A stretch of 64,000 nt of DNA from Camelus dromedarius (GCF_036321535.1 NC_087437.1:8494001-8558000); one strand, 5' to 3'. Shown: positions 13,529-27,663, counted from the first letter of the stretch. Notes: generated by a model not told the origin, from the sequence alone. Numbers and translations are program-made.

Positions 13529-13719
13529 TTTTTTTCCCTTTTTTTGGAGGAGTGGTAATTAGGTTTATTTGTTCATTTATCCAATTATTTATTTATTTTG
13601 GGGGGGAGGTAATAGGGCTTATTTATGTATTAATTTTTTTTTTAAATGGAGGTACTGGGGATTGAACCAGGACCTCGTGCATGCTAAACACACACTCTAC
13701 CCCTGAGCTATACCCTTCC
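13529..13719 (-). mobile_element. tRNA-derived SINE, camelid vic-1-like
   Basis: Reverse strand reads GGAAGGGTATAGCTCAGGGGTAGAG (A box)...GGTCCTGGTTCAATCCCCAGTACCTCC (B box), then an A-rich tail with two AAATAA(A/G)CC..ATTACC..CC units. Confidence 0.85.
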
Positions 13720-14149
13720 TGCCAATGGTTGAAAATATTGAACCAACCTAGATTTCATAAGCCCCAAATCATGTTTTAAAGGAAGTTCCCCTTGCACATG
13801 AATAAGGGAAATCCTCACGGCTGCTGGGGACCCAGGCTAAAGCAGAGAAGGCCGATTCAGAGTGAATGAGGCCCCACTGAGGATGCCACAAGGGGAAAAG
13901 AGACTGAGGTCCCATCTTCCCTTCTGAAATTCGATGTTGTTGGAACTCTCTGATCCACCATGGTAATCCTCTGTGAGGTCTGTGGGCAGGAAAAGAGTGT
14001 CAGAGTGCTAATAATTTTTCTTGCTTTATTACTCTATCTTCATCCAATAGATATTGATGTGTAGTGCTGTCACTGTCCTATTGCAAAAGTTCCCTGACTT
14101 CCACGGTCCTTTTCTCTTTAATTCACAATTCATTTAGTAGTGACTTAAA

Positions 14150-15290
14150 AAATCTCCAAGTTTTAATTTGACAACCTTTTAATTGTTAATTTCTAATGTA
14201 ATCACGACAAATTATATGATTTAAATGGTATCATTTTCCTAAAACGTATTTTCAGAATTCCGCTGAGACCTAGGAAATGGATAATTTTGTAATTGTTCCA
14301 TGGGTACTTATGTGTACTTGAAAAGAGTATATTTTCTTGGTATATGTGTGTGTGTATAAGTAAACACATACACACACACACAACTCTGAGGTTGGTGAAT
14401 TTGGTGATTTGTTGTTCAATCTTCAACAAGCTATTTTTTAAAAAGCTTGAACTATCAGTTTCTGACTGACCTGTGTTTTCTCCCCAAATAATTTGGATAT
14501 GTCAATTTTCTTTGCAATTATGTCAGTTTAAAAAAAGTATATTTCAAATTCTGGTGTTTGTATTAATTGATTGTCTTCTTGATGTATCATTCTTGTTATT
14601 ATGTAATGTTCCACCTACATCCCTATGAATCATTTTTCCTTAAATTCTATTTTGTTTGCTCTTATTGTTGTCACTTCAGCTTCCTTTTGGTTATTATTTG
14701 CAAGAAATATCTTTCTATCCTTTATTTTCAAGTTTTCTGTGTCTTATTGTCAAAACAGCATGAAGCTGGGTTAAAAAATTCAACCTGATAATATCTGCAT
14801 GTCTATAGATCCATTATTAGCTTTATATTTATTTTAATAATAATAATAATTTTTTGGGGGGGTTCTGCTCAAGTTCTTTTCTTTTTGTTGGCTCATCCAT
14901 TTCTGCTTTTGGTTGAATTAAAGACATTTTCCCTATTTTTATATTTCTTTTTATTCTCTGCTAGTTTGGAAGCTCTGTAATTTGTTTCTATTCTACTAGT
15001 AATTGCTCTTAAATTTATAACGTACATACTGAACTATATATAGGATGTGTGTGTGCATTTATATGTGTTTATATAGACATATTTGCTTATTTTATAATAT
15101 ATGTTTATAGCTTCTTCCTGAATATACAAAAAAGACTTTCATTATTTATTTTATACCCTTTCCCTTTTTATTTTTGTTGACCAGTACCTTATTATAACTA
15201 AAAAAAAAAACCTCAGAAATATTAGCTATCATTTTTTATAGTTAATAATTCAGTTTAATAACACACTTTGTTGATTTCTGTGTCCATCAT
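14150..15290 (-). mobile_element. Old L1M internal fragment (ORF2 endonuclease region / inter-ORF)
   Basis: gttccatgggtactta...gaaaagagtatattttct; cagcttccttttggttattatttgc...tctttctatcctttt; heavily decayed. Confidence 0.6.
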
Positions 15291-17589
15291 TTAATGTTGC
15301 CTTGATCAACTTCCTTAGTTGTCAATCTAGTCATGCCTCATAGAATCGGCTGCTTGAATTTTCTTCTCAGTGGTCATAGTGGAGTTTTCATAGATCCAGT
15401 CACCATGATCTTTTACTTGGGTTTGAACTTGTTGATAGCTTTTTGATTTTTTTTTTCCTTGAGGTGTTTTGTCTATTACTGCTGTGTGCTTGGAATAAAA
15501 TGTTTTTTTTCATTAACATGTGAATGTTCTGTGTCATCTTGAGCAGAATCCACCGCCGTCTAATTTGAATATGTTTGCTTGGTACTGCTAACTCTGCTTA
15601 GAGAGCAGTAAAACAGCAAGTTAGCAAATCTAAGACACGTTAAAAAGGGGGCCAAACTTACTTCTTAATTCCCTCCTTTGTTTGTCAACTCAAAGAACTT
15701 GACCGTGAGTTGGGGACCATCCCATTGAAAGGAAGATGTGAATGGCCTGATTTGTCAGCCCTGAAGTGGATCATCCCATTAACAGGGACAGTTTCTCTTT
15801 CTTTCTTTCTTTTCCTTCTAGACTTTGCTTCTCCCTACTGCTGCTTTCCTTATTTAAGGCTAGATACGACCATTTTGAATAATCAGAACCACTATATTAA
15901 TGGGATTTTTCTACTTCGGTTACAATGAAAGCAATCAAGGATAAGCTTGATTGAAGATCTCACATAATTAATCACTTCTTTTCTTTATTGTTATCTCTTT
16001 TTAAAAGTGTTTTGTAAAATGATCATCTATATTAATGGAACATCTTTCAAAAGAGAGGACGTGAAAGAATGTCAATTGATATTCTAATACTAAATATCAT
16101 GAAACATTTCACTATCTTATTCGGGAACCATCTGAAACTATTGAAACTCATCTTTCAGTTCACACTTTTCTGGGGCTGTCATTATCTGCTGCCATATATA
16201 ATAAAGAAATATACTCATCCTAACGGCTGCCAACTTCCATTTCAGCATCAGCAAATTTGATCACAATCCCAGTGAAGGATTGTGATAAGAACACAGTTTG
16301 ATCTTGCTTTATGAATTATGTGTGCTCTATATAATGAGGTAGAAAATGAATATTTGTATACTTAATCATGATGTTAATCTCTATTATAACTTCAGAGAAG
16401 TGTGCCTAAAAAATGGGCTCCAACACTAATAAAACCCCACCCTCAAGAATCTGAATAACCAGGTTCAGGAGCAAGATATATTTGTCAAAGTGTCACCTAA
16501 GAGCATTTATTTCTCCTTTCAACACCTATAGGAAGCTTGGTCAGATGGTTAAACTGGCTTATAAACTTTGCTCATTTGCTTATTTAAAAATACTCAGGAG
16601 GCCAATGCCTTATCTATGAGTGAATGAATTAACTCAGATAATGGGGAAGGGGCTCTGGTTGGCTGTGGGATGATACCAGTTGTGCAAGAGGAAGTCGCTG
16701 GTTTCAGGCAGAACCCGTGTGTTGAGCTGCAGTGTCTAACAGCCTTGGGGACAGGCAGGGGAGAAGTAGCTCCCATCATCTTACAGCTCAGGGAAGAAAC
16801 ACTCTTTCCCCTGCCTCTGATGATAAACTCAGTTATGCATGTACACTGCGGACTGCATTTCCTCAGCGTTGGTCGCACCTGTAAGACATTATGGAGCTAA
16901 GAATTAGAACGTGAACTTGGCTTATGGAATCATCATAGACAAGAAAGATGCCGTTTTGCTGCAATGGTCAGTTCATGCTGGAAACTTCCTTTCTTGTGTC
17001 TCTTTCTCCATTGATTTGACTATTGGCTTCGTTCTCTGCTCTGCTGCTCTGTGTGGAGTTATCCAGGTCTCTGTCTCTCCGCACCTTTGTCTGGTATTCC
17101 TCTTAGCTGGATCTTGGACTCAGGTTGTTATTTACTCAATCTTTTCCCGGGTGTATTTTGCACACTTCTGCCTTCACATCTTCTTTATTCTCACATTTCA
17201 TCTCCTTTTGAACAAACACTGGCGATGCATGGGGGCTCACGATAGAAGAAAAGGGACGTGACATCTTCATGAAGTTCTAAGTAATGACCCCGTCAGCTGT
17301 TGTCCTGTAAGTGCTCTGGCCCTTTTTTAGCATCAGAATAAACACTTAGTGTCTTTAAGGTTAAATTTGTGTCATATTTTATATAATGCCCTTAATAGTT
17401 GCTTTTTGTATTTTGGATTGCCATCCGTCTGCCCTTCGTTTTTAAAGATGCTGCCCTGTTTTTTCCCTGAATCTTATTATGTGTGTCTGTGTTGGTGTGT
17501 GTGTCTGTGTGCCTGATATAAAGTTCCAGCAATGTGTTTCCATGAATTATGCAGGTATAGAGTTATCAAATAAAACCTTGGCGAGCAGT

Positions 17590-18060
17590 GAAGGGGACTA
17601 TAGAAGAACTGCTCTCTCCAGTATTTGTGAGATACAAGTGTCATGTTTAATTCAAAAGACAGGACACAGAGACATGTGTGAGGATGTTTATGGAAGCATT
17701 GATTATGATAGAAAACATCTGTAAAGAATCTCAAATGTTTATGTCTAAGAGATTGGTTTCATAAATATGGTATGTCTGTATGATGTAATACATTGAAATG
17801 ATAACGTACATCTCTACTACTAATGTGGAAAAATACCCACTATATACTATTAAGGGAATAAACAATTGCATGCAACATCTACTATGATCCTGTTTTCGTA
17901 TAAAAATATATATATATATATAAACACAAAGGCATATGTATATATAAAGGGAAAAATGTCTGAAAGATTACACTCCTCCTTGAGCATTTAATAGTCATAA
18001 TCCTGAGTTTAGTGGTATTAGAGAGTGTCTTCACATGAATATTACTTTTTATGAAATCAG
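17590..18060 (+). mobile_element. Old L1ME-type 3' fragment
   Basis: catgtgtgaggatgtttatggaagcattg...caaatgttta...atatggtat...atatactattaag. Confidence 0.6.
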
Positions 18061-19289
18061 TTACTACTTTTAGTAATAGAAATAGTAAAGATATATAAAT
18101 ATATGATATTTGTCAATAGAAAAGTATATTTATATAAAGTAAATAAAATATTCTGTGAGTTAAGTCAGAATTTCAATTACCTGCTAGAAACCCTGCTTTT
18201 TTATTCTGTTTCCAGTTGCAAGCTGTAAGCTTGCCCTGTGGTTTGAGAAGGGACAAACTGGGGAGTGTGTTTAGCCAATTTTACTCAACTCAATCCTTAG
18301 CTTGTGCAAGGAAAGAGATTCATGTGTTTTAAAAATTGTGCTTGGCTCTGGGAAATACTCTAGTGGCGAAATTGAGTTTCATTACTTATTTCTCCTGTAC
18401 TGTGATCTCTGTGTACTTAAGAGTTACTTAGGCTGTGGTTTTGCTTTATGTATTTATTAATATCATGTTGATTCACACTCACAAAAGTAGGTTACTGGAG
18501 GAAGGCTCTCCGGTGTCACCATAACTCACTCTTCCTTGAGCCTAACTATAATACCTTTTCAATACAGTATATTGAATCGTGTCTCAGGAGAGGAGTCTCT
18601 CTCTGATTCATACACAGATCCATTTCTCTTGTCGCTCAAATACTGAAATATCTATTGCTCCATTTCAGGTTTTATTAATCTTTTTTAAAAACTCCATTTC
18701 AGTGGCATTCTCCGCTACATGCACCTATAAATGGTGTCGGATGCTTTATGCTCTTGGGAGGCATCTTTGACAAGGTTAGAAACCTTGAAAGGAATGCAGG
18801 AGGGAGCCGTCAGGTGGGGAAGAAGGAAAAGAGACACAAAGCCACACTGATGTGCGATGCTTTTTTCCTGACTATATTATATTAATTTTTCACTTTCACG
18901 GACTTATAAGACTTTTACTTACCTCTCATCACTATGTATTTCTCTCTAAATATGGTATCTTGATGTGGTGGTTTCTTTTATGTTTTAGTCGAAAGTTTCA
19001 TTTTTGGTTTAGTCACTGTCATAAAAATTTTGTATGTTTATTATCCCTTCCGCTATCAGAATGTGCTTTTCTTTCATCAAAAATATTAATTTGAGTTAAT
19101 TGATTTCCTCCTTTGTTCTTGAAGATAGTGAGAGCTACTGATTTTTACAAGAGAAATAAACAAGTTGATACATGGCTAGAAATCCCGTGAGCAACTGAAA
19201 ACACTTTCCTTTTAAGTTAAAAGACTGGTTTTATTGAGGAGAAAGAGGAGAGGAGCAAGGGGTAGTGAGAGAATATGAAAATGTCTGAG

Positions 19290-19816
19290 AACAACCTAAA
19301 AGTCCATTGACGGATGACTGGAAAAAAGAAGTTGTGGTATATTTATACAGTAGAATACTACTCAGCCATAAAAAAGAATAAAATAATGCCATTTGCAGCA
19401 ACATGGATGGACCTGGAGATCATCATACTAAGTGAAGTAAGCCAGAAAGAGAAAGAAAAATACCATATCATATCACTCATATGTGGAATCTAAAAAAAAG
19501 ACACAAATGAACTTTTTACAAAACAAATAGACTCACAGCATAGAAAACAAACTTATGGTTACCAGGGGGTAAAGGGATAGGAAGAGATAAACTGGGAGTT
19601 CGAGATTTGCAAATATTAGTTACTACATATAAAATAGATAAAAAACAAATTTCTTCTGTATAGCACAGGGAACTATATTCAATATCTTGCAGGAACCTAT
19701 AATGAAAAAGAATATGAAAAGGAATACATGTACGTATATGCATGACTGGGACATTGTGTGGTATACCAGAAACTGACACATTGTAACTGATGGTACTTCA
19801 ATTAAAAAAAAAAAAA
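19290..19816 (+). mobile_element. 5'-truncated lineage-specific L1
   Basis: ORF2 end (gaatactactcagccataaaaaag...), 3'UTR and A-tail; perfect 13-bp TSD gaaaatgtctgag at 19277-19289 and 19817-19829. Confidence 0.95.
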
Positions 19817-22800
19817 GAAAATGTCTGAGGAATGGGAGAAAAGGAGGAAGAAGGGAAAAGGTTAAAGTGTACTTTCTGGTAGAGACTGAGGTTGGTCTTA
19901 ACTTCTTAAGAAGCGGAATTAATCTCTTCTGAGCCATCATTGGGCGGCTGTTAATTAAATGATACCACATCTTCTTATCTTCAACCTCTATAGCTCTACA
20001 GCTAAGTTGCTGAACTGGCTTTTTCAACAGATAAGATTTTCCTTTGGCAGCTACCTGTAACTTTCGATGAAAGCTTAAAGCGTCGACTGCTTTAAAGTTC
20101 TCTTTTTCTTCACTTGCCAAGCAAATAAAAGTTGCTTAATTTTGCTGACGAAAATTAGTGAAGCAGGAATGGAAAAGATTAGGAGCCAGCTTCTCATGCC
20201 CTACTCTTTCCAGATTTAAAGAAGTAAGATATTCAAGGCTGTATGTTATTCTGCAGGAATTTTCAAGCCAGAGCCCCTGGTGCTGACAGTTTCTTGATGA
20301 TCACACTTTCTGGGTTTGTTTCTGCTTCTGTCTGACTGGCTTTTTATGTAATTTTGCTTTCTTCCCTGTTTCCTCTCCCATACTGGAACCGAGCATCATG
20401 GATTTAGAAAATGTGGTACTTTACAGTATATATATGTAATTTACAAGTAGACCATCCTAACATTTAGGAAATCCTATCTCCTCTAAGGCTAAGCCGGTGA
20501 TGCTCTGGGTCAGCTCTGCCGGCTCCCTCAGGGTGTCCGGAATCCTGTCTGGGGACCCCAGGCACAGGCAGGAAAGGCATTTGGTGCCCCGGGGAGGAGG
20601 GAATGAGAATGCAAAACGGCTGTGTTTGCTTCCTCTCTGCTTAGTTGAGAAATTGGAATCCACACTCAGGAGTGAGAAACATGTGGAGTTTTTAAATACA
20701 TTGACCTTGAAGGACCTGCAATACATCCTTATAATTGTCTCTGGATCATCGTAGCTAAAGAGCCAATGAGATACTGGGTGAGGTTTGAGGCAGACTGTAT
20801 TCTCTGCATATCCTACTTCAGGGGCTAAAGTGGGATTTATTTATTTTTCTCTTTTTTTTTTTTTGCACATTCTCTGAAATTGTCTTTGTGATTTTTCACC
20901 TGAGTTTTTGTCCACGCCTTCATGCTATTGTCTCGTCCCTTGCTTTAGTCTGATGCTTTTATTTGAAGACATTTTGTTTCAAGGGGTCCATTTAAGTCAA
21001 GCAGCGTTACTGGGCCCTGCATACTTAGGCAGTCTATGCACACCAGCCAGTCCTTGTCCTTTTTGAAATCAAAGCTTTGTCTGGTGGACACACACTTCAC
21101 TGTAATAAAGGCACATTGTAACAAACGATATTCTGGATATAGTCTTGGGGCAGCAGAGATTAATTTGGACTGGGGAGAAGAAGAAAAATCCATCAACTCA
21201 TATTTTTTACACTTTTACTCTGGGTCAGGCCTTGGTGTTAAACTTGAAGAAACATGACATAGGTTTCCTTCTTTCTAGGAAATTATTTTATGGAACACCT
21301 ACACAGAAAGTGTCACAAATCATGGCAGGAAATGACAATGTCAAAATCAGTGGTGGAAGCAGGCAGCGTTGAAAGACAGGAGAAGGGCGGATTGAGTCAG
21401 GGAAGAAGCCTTCATAGAAGATCTGGGCTTTTCAGGATGGATGCAAATAGGGAGGCGGAATAAGAGGATAACTTGAACAAAGGTAAAAAGTGAATGTAAG
21501 GGAGCCAGTGAGGCTAGGATATTCCTTTACTCTGGTTTAAAATTCCCTCTGACAAAATGCCGGGAACTGTCTAGAAAGGCTCATTTGTGCTTCCAAACTA
21601 AAAGCAAATGAGAACTATGTCCTTTGTATCCTCTTTCAGGCTCCTTCCCTGGGACTCTGTCCAAGGGAGTGAAGTCAGCTCAAATTCTGCACAAGAGAAC
21701 AGTCTACCTGCTAACTCCGGTCTGCAGCACGGTGAGCTTGTTTGCTGATGGGCAAAAGGTATTTCCATGCAGGGGTTTGCCTTTCAGATGATAGCTTTTT
21801 GCCTTTGGACTCTTAGTTTTCTGGAGGTTACCCATCCCAAATGGTTTGCAATGGGGCATTCCGTTTAACTACTGGGTCACAGTGAGCAGGGCTGGAGGAG
21901 ACATGGAGTGTGTGTTTTTATAAAGCATCCACCATGTGTAACTGTGCTGTATGGTTTACTGAGAGAGACTGTGGAGGCGAGATACAGCAGCTCAGGCTGG
22001 GAAAACAAGACCAAGTGCATGTTCCAACATGGGAGGGAGTAAAAGGAAAGGATATGGTAGGAAACTGTAGTCAGCAGTGACCTGACGGACTGGGACTGGT
22101 GCCAAGTAAGAGGACGGAAGTTTCTCCTCTGGGGGATAATGGCTCTCATTGGAAGTGACTTAGCCAAATTCATAGTCATTGTCACAGGGCGCAGATGAAC
22201 TTCTCTGAGATGCCAACTCTCCCGTAAAATGGTGCCCTGTTATGTTGTTAAAAATATATTTGTTGAGTCCAAGGAGGCATAATAAATTGTAAGCAAGTGG
22301 AAATGCATTAAAACGCGAGGAGAAAATGAGTTGTAATAAAAGCCAAACATTCAGCCCAGGAAAGAGATGCTAAGTGAAGTTAAGGGCAAGCCTCACAGGT
22401 GGAAACGGCAATGGGTCATAGGCTAACACATGAACTTGAACAGTAGGGGACCAAATGGCCAAACCTTTACCCAGCAGTTCCTGGGCCAGTTTGACTCGTC
22501 AACCATAACCCGTGGTCTTAAGTCAAGGCTTGAAGTTTATTCAGGAATTAAGAGATTGAATTGTTTTCTACTTTGACCAAAAAGAAAGCTCTGGAAAAGA
22601 TTTCAGTAAAAGATAACCAATCTATGTGTCTGTAAATGTTGAGTAACCATGTCATAACTTAAAAAAATGCTTATTGAGCAAACTGTCTGTGTCAGGGGTT
22701 GTGAGCGTGAGTTTCAGAGTCATGATATGAGGTGGGAAGACAAGGCAGGTGTTGGAAGGTCCCATGATGCAAAGGCAGGGAAGGGGGGAGAACCGAGCAT

Positions 22801-23293
22801 CTGTTAGAGAGAGTACTTGCCTTGGAGTTACAAGGTGAGGGAGTGATCCCTCCGCAAGCTTAACAGGCGACCCTGGGAGTATGCTTTACCTGTACAAACA
22901 AGAGAATAGAAGGTGGGGAGAAAGGCAGAAAATACCCAAGTGAGCTTTGCAGGGTAAGAGGAGTTCCTGTTTTGATGATGCATGGAGTTTGCCGTGGGGG
23001 TGAGCGGAAGTTTGTCTGGAGACACAGGTGAAATCCATACTTTGCATACCGGGCTGAGAAATTGGGACTTTTCCCCTCTGGGTCTGTGGGACACCAACAA
23101 AGCATGTTTCCAGAAGGTTTTTCTTATGTAGGATCGAATGTAACAAAGCTCAATAAACCTTATGGCACTTGTTAGGAAGTTTTGACAGGGAAAAGTTGAG
23201 AGAAAGGAACAGATGTGAAGTCATAGTGAAGGATGACATCACAGAACTTTCTGAGTGGACAGAGTGCAAAGAAAGAAGTCCAAGAAGATGCTT

Positions 23294-23594
23294 GTGTGCT
23301 AAGTGAAATTGTCAGACCAAAAAGGACAAACATTGTATATTCCACTTATGTGAGGTTCCTAGGATAGTCCAGTTCATAGAGACAAAAAGTAGAGCAGTGA
23401 TTATAGAAGCTAGGGGAGGACAGAAGGGGGAATGGGTGTTTAATAGGTACAGAGTTTCCGTTTGGGATGATGAAAAAGTTCTGGAGATGGATAAGGGTGA
23501 TGACAACAATATCAATGTACACATAAAAATAGTTAAAATAGTAAATTTTGTTTAATGTGTATTTCACCACAAGAAAACAAATTCTTAAAAGAGG
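23294..23594 (+). mobile_element. L1MB-like 3' end
   Basis: ccacttatgtgaggttcctagg...acagagtttccgtttgggatgatgaaaaagttctggagatgga; TSD gaagatgctt at 23284-23293 and 23595-23604. Confidence 0.85.
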
Positions 23595-25436
23595 GAAGAT
23601 GCTTATGGTTTGGGCATGCTGATTAGGACACTGATGGGCTGAAGGGACAAATCATGAGGAGAATTGGCCAGCTTTGGAAACCCGAATACAGCTCATTTCA
23701 GTCATACTAAGCGGGAGGGAAGAGTATAACCAAGTAGGAATATTTTTTTAGGATTTTGTCAAGTTCTTGATGGTCATGGTTGGCTTAGAATGATGGCTCT
23801 GTCACGATGGACACCTCTTAAAGCAGATGTGTTTCTAGTCAGCTGGCTCCCACGCATGGAGAATTTCTGGTCTGGATACCGGTCCTAACGTGTGGTGCTA
23901 GGATTCTTCCTTGGAGCTCTGTCAAGGAAAGAGGGGAGAAATAGTTTGAAGGGAGCTTCAATAGAAATTTGAACCCTTTGATAGGCTCAAATAGAGGAAG
24001 AAGGAATCAAAGAGGCCATATTAAGACAAAAAACAGGTATACATAGGGATTTGTTTTCTTAGAATATTTATATTTTTTATATGTACAGTTTTATGTATAT
24101 TATGTGTGTGCTAATTCTTAGTGCATGTATTTTAAGGCCCTCTTGGTATGCCATTTCTCCTTCATATGTGAATAGTTGGCTTGTCTACTGAATGAGCTAG
24201 AATTATTCCTCCAAGCAGAGCTAAATGGTTCCTTCTTTGCTCCAACCTTATTGAAAAGGGGAACACAGATTTAGCAGAGAGAACCTTGGGGTCAACTTCT
24301 GAACTGATTCAGGAGATTCAAAATCTTGAAACTTCTAATAACTGAAGTGTTATCGTCAAGTTCTTAGCAATCATAGAAAGAGATGTTCAGCAAAACAGAT
24401 GATTTACAATTCATGAATTTTTGTAATTGTGTTGAATGTCTTGAAAGGTATCTCCTATTTAAGGAATGCATTGTTAGACACTGTGGCAACGAATCATCCT
24501 TGCTAATTGCTTTGTGTAGGCTCTTGAAGCATGTTGTTTTAAAATATATACAATTTGCATCATATCCATTTTTGATTTTAGGCAATAAATACTTGTTAGT
24601 CACTAGGAGCCCAAGGTATGTACTGTTCTAACACCGTGAGGCAGATTGATTTTAAATTGAACTTTAGATATATTTGGTGAATTTTTTATGGAATATCTTT
24701 GTATTTTCACAATTTGGCAATAATTGTTTTAATTTTTAATGTTATTTAAAACATTAGGATTCAAAAAGAATTATTTAAAAAAAATTCAGACTTCGGCTAG
24801 TTGTATCCGTAGACAGTACTTAAGAGAACATACCAACAATACGCTGTAGATGAATAACCTAAGGCTCTTGGTTTAAAAAACTTCTCTGAGGTGAGGTGGC
24901 TCTAAGTGGCAAATTCAAACAGTGCCCCCGAAGTTGAACTTAGTGTTTTATTCGGTTTGCTTCTCCTCCTTTGACACCATTAATAGTGGGTGAACTCGCT
25001 GAGTCACTGATGTCTTTGTTGATGCTAAGGACGGGTCATAAACAGATGAGTCATGAGCTATACTTAATCCTTCAATAGGTTTTATTGGCTGACACTGTTT
25101 TTTTGTTTTCTGTTTTTGTAATTAATTGTAGATGTTTAAATCTGCACACATACATAGTGATCTCGATTTGGAAACTCTCTGAAAGTCAACTACAGCTGAC
25201 AATATTTGTGCTCATTCTTGTGTGGCAATATTTGCTTGGAACTGAGGAATGCCTCCTTCTCTGGTTTACTGGATTCTCCAATACTTTTCCACCCATCCTA
25301 CCTCACAACATTTTTATTACGTGTTTGACCTTTGAAGGTGTCTTAATTTATGATCCTTGACATATATAGTGTAGGAACAAACAAAAAAATAAGTACTACT
25401 AAAGCAATGCTTCAGAGTTTAGAAAAGACGTTAAGA

Positions 25437-25720
25437 TTTTTTTTTATCTATTGAAGTACAGTCAGTTGCAATGTGTCACTCTCTGGTGCACAGCACAATG
25501 TCCCAGTCGTGCAAATACATACATATATTTGTTTTAATGTTCTTTTACATTAAAGGTTATTACAAGATATTGAACATAGTTCCCTGTGCTATACAGAAGA
25601 AATTTTTCTTAAAAACTCTTTTTATATATAGTGGCTAACAATTGTAAATCTCAAACTCCCCAGTTTATCCCCTCCCACCCCCTTTCCCGGTAACCATAAG
25701 ATTGTTTACTAAGTCTGTGA
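25437..25720 (-). mobile_element. Lineage-specific L1 3'UTR fragment
   Basis: Same 3'UTR as the copies at 8.2 and 19.3 kb (ttgaagtacagtcag...atgtcccagtc...ggtaaccataag). Confidence 0.9.
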
Positions 25721-27417
25721 AGTTGTTCTTAACCAGAGTTAAGCTCTATTATACTCTCAAGGGTAAAACAAACTGATGATATTTTCATGACTTTAATTGC
25801 TCAAATTGTTTCTCATTGAGAAGACAGTGGGGTTAAAGACTTCACAAAACTTTTATTACGTTTTCTTGTGTCTTTATGGCCAACGTGGAGAAATTACAGA
25901 TGGGTTTGGGACGTTAGCTTACTGTCCAGAAAATTTAAACCCAAAGCTGATCGTTAGGCTCCAAGTAGTTTACCACCATGGCCTTCCACTACAGGGAAGC
26001 CATCTGAGTGAGGTCGATGGGCTGCCCATCTTGTTTATGCTCCCTGAGTGAGTTAGATCTATTACAGAGGGCATTGCTGGATAAAGGGAGCAGTGATGCT
26101 TTAAGGTTAGGCACATCAGGATGTGTGTCCTCGGAAGCCAATTAAATAGAAAAGGCCACGGTGCCCTTTTTTTCCAACTTTGATCACTTGTGATAAATTG
26201 GAGTTTCATCTCTGACACAGCTTGGTTCAACTCTTTTGAAATATGGAAATCTTTCTGTTTTAGAGAAAGAAGGAAAGGGGGAAGTGTGGAGGCTGGAAAC
26301 GTACACAATCACTTGATTTGTTCGAGCAACTTTTCTCCTGAAAGGGCAGTCAACATGCTTAGCATATTTGATGGCCAGAGTCTTTTTCTGTGTGTGCAGC
26401 TCCATTCTCTGAATCCCTCCTTCACACGTATCTCCACTCCATCCCACAGTAGCCAGGTGGTGCTGCCTGGAATGATGTCGCTGCTTCAAATGCGATGATT
26501 TGGCTCCCACATGTGTAGTAGTGTCAGATGTTCTGCCTTCCAGAGAAGGGGATTATATGGGATCAGGCACCACTCCAACATTTTATCTGTGTTGTCTGCA
26601 TCTGGAAATAGATCTCAATGTGTGGATCTCTGTTTGAACGAGGACTAGAAACCTCAGTGAACACTCTTCTCTTACAATTTCCTTCTGTTGGGACTTACTA
26701 CGCTTCATTATTATTATTAGTTTTTTTAATCTGAGTGTCCTCCTTGAAATTTCCCAAGAAAACATAACACAGAGAAGAAAAAATAAAGTCTATGCTTCAG
26801 AATTCTGCCTTAAAACAAGATTATTGGATTACGCACTTTCCATCTGATGATGTTAGCATGGTACATTGGTTTAGAATTGAAAATAAACTCTCAGTGGCAT
26901 CCACATTGCCTGTGCATTTTAATTAGAGGATTACCTGTTCTAACACTCTCTCTCTCAAAACTGTGCCAAGTGTTACCCATCCTTCATACCATGACTGGAA
27001 TTTCCATCTTTGTGGTTTCATTTGTCTGGTGTAGACAACCATGTCTTGGGTAGCTAGCATCTTCCCTTGGTGTTTAGCTTGAAACATAGGGAAAAAAATG
27101 CATTCTATTGGGCAGTCCATTAGCCTCCATTTGTAGGCACCCATTCTAATTAAACTAAGTAGTTTAATTACTAAAATACAGTATTAGCAAATGTTAGGTT
27201 TGCAGACTTCATAAGGCTGTTGCTGATCCTGAAGTTTCCCAGTTGTATGCATGCTAACCTAGATCACTCCTACTTTCCAGAATGAGGACAATGTGGTGTT
27301 ACGGGGTCATTCCTTCCCTTCCATGTCTACTGTGACCATTTTCTACCATCCTGGACTTGAGGTCCTCTTTCTGAGAACTTTCTGGGGCTTTCTCTTTCGT
27401 TTGATCTTTTAGTTTAT

Positions 27418-27663
27418 CAGGGATCAGCCAACTGTACTCCACGGGCCAAAACTGACCCACCACCTGTTTTTTTGTAAACAGTTTTGTTGACACACAGTCT
27501 CACTCAATTGTTTATATATGGGCTGAGGCTGGGTTTGCTCTACTGTGGCAGACTTGAGTAGACTTGAGTAGATGTGATAGGAAGATTGCTAGAGACTGAA
27601 TGACTCATGAGGACTAAAATATTTACTATCTGGTGCTTTGCAGAGGGAGCTTGCCAACAGCCG
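27418..27663 (+). mobile_element. MER58A hAT MITE
   Basis: cagggatcagccaact...cgggccaaa...cctgtttttttgtaaa...ctaaaatatttactatctgg; carries an internal agacttgagt duplication. Confidence 0.85.

Noticed and set aside
13646..13719. Possible tRNA gene
   Set aside because: Degenerate stems and a SINE-type tail indicate a tRNA-derived SINE.
16260..16286. 10-bp perfect hairpin (atcacaatcc/ggattgtgat)
   Set aside because: About one such stem is expected by chance in 64 kb; too short for a pre-miRNA.
24582..24615. 34-nt AG...GT micro-exon candidate (NKYLLVTRSP frame)
   Set aside because: Weak acceptor and unrecognised peptide; such site pairs are common by chance.
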